Positions 27,486-32,978 of a DNA stretch of 32,978 bases are shown in pieces; position 1 is the first letter of the stretch; every line of letters starts with the position of its first letter. The notes under the pieces were generated by a model, which saw only the letters and a program-made list of their open reading frames with translations, had not been told where the DNA came from and ran no database searches. The position numbers and the translations under genes are program-made. Origin of the DNA: a bacterium (lineage in GTDB: Bacteria > Bacteroidota > Ignavibacteria > Kapaibacteriales > UBA961); NCBI GenBank assembly GCA_046093685.1, contig JBJTFZ010000166.1:1-32978 (forward strand), in the 5' to 3' direction.

Positions 27486-29726
27486 ATGGCATTCGATCTT
27501 GAGATGATTCGGAAGGTATATTCGGCACTTCCGGGGAAAGTTCAACAAGCAAGAACATTACTTGGCAGATCTTTGACTCTTGCCGAGAAAATCTTATACG
27601 CACACATGACTGAGATGCCATCTGCGCCTCATCAGCGTGGTGGATCTTATGTTGATTTCAATCCTGATCGCGTTGCCATGCAAGATGCAACAGCTCAAAT
27701 GGCACTTTTGCAATTCATGAGCGCAGGAATCCCAAAAGTTGCAGTCCCTTCAACAGTGCATTGCGATCATTTGATTCGTGCGGAACATGGAGCAGACAAT
27801 GATCTTAAACAATCATTGATTGAAAATGATGAAGTGTTTGCATTTCTCGGATCGGTGTCACAAAAATATGGCATAGGTTTTTGGAAACCCGGCGCCGGAA
27901 TCATCCATCAAGTCGTACTCGAAAATTATGCATTCCCCGGCGGAATGATGATCGGTACCGATTCTCATACGCCGAATGCAGGCGGACTCGGCATGATAGC
28001 AATTGGAGTCGGTGGTGCCGATGCAGTTGATGTGATGGCAGGCATGCCATGGGAATTGCAAATGCCAAAACTCATCGGCGTGAAATTGACAGGAAAGATG
28101 AGCGGTTGGACATCCGCAAAAGATGTGATTTTAAAGCTTGCAGGTATTCTCACCGTGAAAGGTGGAACCGGCGCAATCGTTGAATATTTCGGTGATGGAT
28201 GCGCTTCATTCAGTGCAACCGGAAAAGGCACCATTTGCAATATGGGTGCGGAAATCGGAGCTACAACTTCAATATTCCCATGCGATGAATCCATGATGCG
28301 CTATCTGCGCTCAACAGACAGAGCAGACATTGCGGATTTGGCATCAGGCGTCATGGAACACTTGCGCGCAGATGATGAAGTGATTGCCAATCCCGAAGCA
28401 TATTATGATCAAGTGATTCACATTGATTTGGATGCACTGGAGCCTCATGTGAATGGTCCATTCACACCTGACCGTGCAATGCCGATCAGCGAATTCACAA
28501 AAGCAGTGAAAGAAAACAATTGGCCGGCAGAATTGCGCGTTGCGCTCATTGGTTCTTGCACCAATTCAAGTTATGAGGACATGAGTCGTGTTGCAGAAAT
28601 TTCATCCTATGCCGCTTCGCAAGGACTCAAAACAAAAAGTGAATTCACTATCACACCCGGTTCCGAACAAGTTCGTGCAACGATTGAGCGCGATGGTCTA
28701 TTGACTGCAATGGAATCCGTTGGAGGAAAAGTTCTCGCGAATGCATGTGGTCCATGCATCGGACAGTGGAAGCGACATGATGTGAACAAGGGAGACAGAA
28801 ATTCCATCATCACTTCATTCAATAGAAATTTCACCGCAAGAAATGACGGTAATCCTGATACACATGCTTTTGTGGCCTCACCCGAAACAGTGATAGGTTT
28901 TGCATTGACCGGTGATTTGACCGTTGACTTCACGAAAGAACCCGTGAATGGCATCATGTTGAATCCTCCTCGCGGTAAAGAATTACCCGATGGTGGATTC
29001 GTCCCTGATGAACACGGTTTCATTGCTCCAGCTCAGGATGGTTCATCAGTGAATGTCGTCATCGCCGAGGAATCACAACGCCTGCAAGCATTGTCGCCAT
29101 TCAATGCTCCAATAGCGGAAGATTATCACAATATGCCATTGCTCATCAAAGTGAAAGGCAAATGCACAACAGATCATATAAGCATGGCGGGGCCATGGCT
29201 TCGTTTCCGTGGTCATTTGGATAATATTTCAAATAATATGTTGATTGGTGCCATCAATTATGTGAATGACAAAGCGAATACCATCAAGAATATGTTCACC
29301 GGCGAATATGACGAGGTTCCAAAAGTAGCAAGAGATTACAAAGCTCGTGGTGCATTTTGGGTGGTTGTCGGTGAAGAGAATTATGGAGAAGGATCTTCTC
29401 GTGAACATGCCGCGATGGAACCACGATTTCTCGGAGGAAAAATAATTCTCGTGAAATCATTCGCACGGATTCATGAAACCAATTTGAAAAAGCAGGGAAT
29501 GTTGCCACTTACATTCGTGAATCACGCTGACTATGATCTCTTCAAGGAAGGCGATGTTATTTCAATAGACATTGAAAAACTTAAACCCGGCTCAACTTTG
29601 GAAATGACAATCTCACATGCAGACGGAAGCAGTGATGCAATCACCGTAAAGCATACGATGAATGATCAACAAATTGGTTGGTTCAAAGCCGGCAGTGCCT
29701 TGAATTTGATTGCAGGAAAAGCATGA
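27486..29726 (+). CDS. acnA: Aconitate hydratase (mitochondrial-like type found in Bacteroidota)
   Basis: [92 protein letters not shown]. Confidence 0.97.
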   Translation: MAFDLEMIRKVYSALPGKVQQARTLLGRSLTLAEKILYAHMTEMPSAPHQRGGSYVDFNPDRVAMQDATAQMALLQFMSAGIPKVAVPSTVHCDHLIRAEHGADNDLKQSLIENDEVFAFLGSVSQKYGIGFWKPGAGIIHQVVLENYAFPGGMMIGTDSHTPNAGGLGMIAIGVGGADAVDVMAGMPWELQMPKLIGVKLTGKMSGWTSAKDVILKLAGILTVKGGTGAIVEYFGDGCASFSATGKGTICNMGAEIGATTSIFPCDESMMRYLRSTDRADIADLASGVMEHLRADDEVIANPEAYYDQVIHIDLDALEPHVNGPFTPDRAMPISEFTKAVKENNWPAELRVALIGSCTNSSYEDMSRVAEISSYAASQGLKTKSEFTITPGSEQVRATIERDGLLTAMESVGGKVLANACGPCIGQWKRHDVNKGDRNSIITSFNRNFTARNDGNPDTHAFVASPETVIGFALTGDLTVDFTKEPVNGIMLNPPRGKELPDGGFVPDEHGFIAPAQDGSSVNVVIAEESQRLQALSPFNAPIAEDYHNMPLLIKVKGKCTTDHISMAGPWLRFRGHLDNISNNMLIGAINYVNDKANTIKNMFTGEYDEVPKVARDYKARGAFWVVVGEENYGEGSSREHAAMEPRFLGGKIILVKSFARIHETNLKKQGMLPLTFVNHADYDLFKEGDVISIDIEKLKPGSTLEMTISHADGSSDAITVKHTMNDQQIGWFKAGSALNLIAGKA

Positions 29727-30275
29727 TCAATCATGCTTGAGTGTACGATGCGCATGCATGTGAAGCACAATCATAGCAAAAGCAAGCAATGCCGCAAAAG
29801 AAGAAAGAAAAGAATAGAGTCTGTGCAAAGATCTGAATTGATTCAATGCATCCACACCATTGGGTGAAGGTGCATCAAAAGAACCAATCAAGGGTTGCAG
29901 AGAAAACATTGTGTGTTGAATCACAATGCCATAGAGAACATAGACAAGAAGTATGAGTCCGAACACAAACCACATTGATGTTCGGACTTCTGCTTTAGAC
30001 CATTGCCTAAGCATCATCAAACTTCCCGCCATGATGCAGAGTCCGATTCCCTGAAGAATGACCATCCGATTGAGTATCGCTTGATTTGCCATGCCGGCAA
30101 GATCTTTCGTGGGCATGACCTTGAATAAAGCAGGCGCAACTCCGAATCCAAACATGATCAATGAGCCGGAAAATATCATGATCCCACAATACAAAATTGC
30201 GGAAGGCAATATGAATCGCGTTTCAGGATGTCTGAAAAATGATCGCAAAAGTTCTTTGAATGATTGCATGTTCAT
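29727..30275 (-). CDS. DUF4149/TMEM205-like membrane protein
   Basis: Four hydrophobic segments with GVAPALFKVM...AG and FRSLHRLYS. Confidence 0.7.
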   Translation of the reverse strand: MNMQSFKELLRSFFRHPETRFILPSAILYCGIMIFSGSLIMFGFGVAPALFKVMPTKDLAGMANQAILNRMVILQGIGLCIMAGSLMMLRQWSKAEVRTSMWFVFGLILLVYVLYGIVIQHTMFSLQPLIGSFDAPSPNGVDALNQFRSLHRLYSFLSSFAALLAFAMIVLHMHAHRTLKHD

Positions 30276-30325
30276 GTCAACAATTTACCCAATTTTGCAA
30301 TTGCACATCTCAAAAGGATTCAACA

Positions 30326-31012
30326 ATGAAAATATCAATCATGCTTCTCTTTCTCTGTTCAATGATCATGCATGGACAGGAAAAACCAACACTCATCTAT
30401 GTATTCGATCCTTTATGCGGTTGGTGTTATGGATTTTCTCCCGTGATGCAAAGAGTGTATGACACCTATAAGGATAAAGCCAATTTTGAGGTCGTCACGG
30501 GTGGCATGATCACAGGCGATGAAGTTGGTCCCATCGGAGAAATCTCTCCATTCCTCAAGAAAGCCACAGCACAGGTCACCCAACATACCGGGGCGGAATT
30601 CAGCTCACTGTTCTTGGACACCATAATCACCCAAGGAACACAAATCCTTACTTCGATGGAACCATCAATCGCTATTCAAATTTGTAAATCAGAAAAACCT
30701 GATAGCATCTTTTCATTCATCAGTGCCCTGCATAAGGATATCTATATAAATGGCCTGAAAACCGCAATACCAAAGGATTATGGGCGACTTGCAGAGATAA
30801 TGGGCTTTAACCCCAAAATTTTTATTAACAATGTTCAAAATAAAACCTATATTGACAAGGCAAAGAAAGATTTCGAGTATGCCGGTTCATTGGGAGTGGA
30901 CTCCTATCCTGCCCTACTTATCCGATCAAAACAGGGAATAAAGGTGATTACAAAGGGGTTTTTACACTGGAATCAACTTTCTTTCATGCTTGAGCAAGAA
31001 TTTCAACAATAA
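30326..31012 (+). CDS. DsbA-family (thioredoxin-fold) protein with signal peptide
   Basis: From ATG 30326: MKISIMLLFL...HG|QEKPTLIYVFDPLCGWCYGFSP, VTGGM, LGVDSYPALL. Confidence 0.9.
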   Translation: MKISIMLLFLCSMIMHGQEKPTLIYVFDPLCGWCYGFSPVMQRVYDTYKDKANFEVVTGGMITGDEVGPIGEISPFLKKATAQVTQHTGAEFSSLFLDTIITQGTQILTSMEPSIAIQICKSEKPDSIFSFISALHKDIYINGLKTAIPKDYGRLAEIMGFNPKIFINNVQNKTYIDKAKKDFEYAGSLGVDSYPALLIRSKQGIKVITKGFLHWNQLSFMLEQEFQQ

Positions 31013-31410
31013 GATTCAATCGGGCTCGTCAACGCCCATCACTTTTGATATAATGTCAGAATTGGCTTAAAAACTCATTTCTATGGCATATCATAAAACT
31101 CGAAAATATATTTAAGAAAACAGAAAACACAATTGTTAAATTTATTTTCGTTTAAATGATAATATAATCAGAAATTATTTGGTGGATTGCAGTCAAAACA
31201 TTAGATTGCATTCCTAAATGGCGAGTTTATCCGTTTTGAGCATGGTTTTCGGACTGTGTTTGCGAGATTAGGGTCTCAAGAGAGACAATCGATCAGGGCA
31301 TTGCCTAATCAGGCTTCATATAATGGAAATAGTCAGGAAGATTCCGCAAGGAATTCTTCCGGGGACTTGCCGACACTATTTCATTCATGTCATATTCCAA
31401 GAGGTATATC

Positions 31411-32978
31411 ATGACACAAAATCTACAGTCCGGATTCGACCAAGAATCCGAAAGCGAAATGGAGCTCGCTCTATTTCTTGAACATGTTTCTTCGCTGAAG
31501 GAACGCGGTATTGAGCGTATTTGTGCTCGGCTTGAGCGTGAGGTAACATCTCAGGACCATGATCGGAGATTGCATTGTGCGGAAGTACTCTTGTCTCCGG
31601 TTGGGAATTGCATACCTCCCGGAGTTCGTGATCATGCACTGCATGAGCTATTGTTCAGCTCGGCTTTTTGTTCGGATATCATTCTTACAAAGGTATTGCT
31701 GGATGCGGGTTTGAATGTCAATGCATATGATATCCGATCGAATTTCACAACTCTGGCACTCGCCTCTGTTGCTGAAGATCAGGAGTTTATCAAGTATTTG
31801 CTTGAGAGAGGAGCGGATCCACTGCTCTTGCTGAATGGGGCGGATTCGGTGCTCGAGACATATGTTCATTCGGCAAAGCCTGAGACTTTGCGGATCTTGG
31901 TTGATCATTGTCCGAATATCTGTGAGCGATTGATTGCTCAACCAAACCTGTTTGATGCCTGCATTCAGGTAGGCAGACCTGAAAACATCTCCGTGCTCTT
32001 GGACAAGTTCCAAGAGCAGGGGATTGAAGTGACAATGAATCCTGAGTTATTGCCTGCAATTGCTTTGGAGGAAGATGCATCGAATTTTCGGAGACTGATG
32101 GATCTTGGTTTGACCTTCAATGTTTTCGATGACATTGTGATCAAGGCATTCTTCCATGCCATAAAATCCGGAAACAAGGAAGTGGTTGAGATTTTTCTTG
32201 AAAATGGAATGCTTCCATCTTCGGATTATAAAGGCAATCAGCCGATTCATTATGCAATCAAGTTCGAAAGGTTGGACATACTGAAGATGTTGTTCAGATT
32301 TGGGGTCAACATCAATGGATACAATGCCGAACAAGAGCATCCATTGATTTTGGCTGCGAATACCGGAAATCTTGAATTGTTTTCCTTTTTGATGGAAATG
32401 GAGCCACGCCTGGATGCATTGAACTTGGATGAATTGATTGAAGCCATGAACTTGAAGTTGAAGGTATATCATCCTGAGATAGTGAAGATGCGTGATGCTT
32501 TGATTCATCCGGAAATATTTCAAAAAGGCATTGATGAATCATATCAATGGAATCTTGAAATGTTGATAGATGGTAAATCAGATGAAGAATGCATCAATCT
32601 GATAAAGGAATTGCTACAGGCGGAATATGTTCAGTCCACACTCATCGAGCGCATCATTGACACAAGGAAGTTGAACATCAATCAAATGATGGATAAGAAT
32701 GGTACATTTCTCCATTTTTCCGCAGAGCATAATCTGCCTTATGCAATTGAGGTGTTGGTGAAATTGGGGGCTGACATTGATGCTCGAAATGATTGTTTTG
32801 GGAGAACTCCTTTGATGACTGCCATTTGCGCAAAAAACAGGGAAGCTTCATTGTCATTGATCAACAATGCTGCCGATTGCGAAATAGCCGATGAATTGGA
32901 ATTCACACCTGTGATGGAAGCGGTACATGCATTCGGAGATGATGATAGCGTGGTGATCGCATTGCTAAGAGCCGGTGC
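31411..32978 (+). CDS. Ankyrin-repeat protein, truncated by the window end (>522 aa; absent from the ORF track)
   Basis: Manual translation from ATG 31411 (GAGGT at 31401-31405) is open to the end: MTQNLQSGFDQES...LLDAGLNVNA...YLLERGADP...GNQPIHYAIK...FGVNING...HPLILAANTGN...GTFLHFSAEHN...LGADIDARNDCFGRTPLMTA...FTPVMEAV...LLRAG. Confidence 0.9.
   Translation, partial: MTQNLQSGFDQESESEMELALFLEHVSSLKERGIERICARLEREVTSQDHDRRLHCAEVLLSPVGNCIPPGVRDHALHELLFSSAFCSDIILTKVLLDAGLNVNAYDIRSNFTTLALASVAEDQEFIKYLLERGADPLLLLNGADSVLETYVHSAKPETLRILVDHCPNICERLIAQPNLFDACIQVGRPENISVLLDKFQEQGIEVTMNPELLPAIALEEDASNFRRLMDLGLTFNVFDDIVIKAFFHAIKSGNKEVVEIFLENGMLPSSDYKGNQPIHYAIKFERLDILKMLFRFGVNINGYNAEQEHPLILAANTGNLELFSFLMEMEPRLDALNLDELIEAMNLKLKVYHPEIVKMRDALIHPEIFQKGIDESYQWNLEMLIDGKSDEECINLIKELLQAEYVQSTLIERIIDTRKLNINQMMDKNGTFLHFSAEHNLPYAIEVLVKLGADIDARNDCFGRTPLMTAICAKNREASLSLINNAADCEIADELEFTPVMEAVHAFGDDDSVVIALLRAG

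Noticed and set aside
21161-29726. sucC without sucD, and mitochondrial-like aconitase, as anomalies
   Set aside because: Both are ordinary for Bacteroidota and relatives.
31409-32542. Minus-strand ORFs listed in the track near the window end
   Set aside because: They are shadows of the plus-strand ankyrin gene, which the track omitted because it has no stop inside the window.

Overview
This 33-kb window is chromosomal DNA from an FCB-group bacterium. Evidence: several T9SS C-terminal sorting domains, a PorZ homologue, Bacteroidota-style TTTG-N18/20-TAnnTTTG promoters, a mitochondrial-type aconitase and a stand-alone sucC. The IgGFc/multi-Ig protein suggests Kapabacteria/Ignavibacteria-like ancestry (inference). 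Gene order: a two-gene operon (small T9SS-sorted protein plus a 3040-aa Gly/Thr/Asn/Ala-rich fibre-like protein with no T9SS tail), porZ-like gene, an Apyc1-like MBL-fold hydrolase converging on a Popeye-like cNMP-binding membrane protein, a secreted matrixin/PKD protease, a stand-alone LuxR-type regulator, a cobalamin riboswitch ahead of a BtuM-like membrane protein and a BtuH-like T9SS protein, an orphan PhnD-like binding protein, sucC, a REP/BIME-like repeat array, an IgGFc-binding/Ig-repeat T9SS protein, aconitase, a DUF4149-like protein, a DsbA-family protein, and an ankyrin-repeat gene that runs off the window end and is missing from the ORF track. I saw no rRNA, tRNA, CRISPR array or transposase. 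The best novelty candidates are the anchor-plus-giant-fibre operon and the cNMP hydrolase/receptor pair. All family calls come from motif recognition by eye, not database searches.
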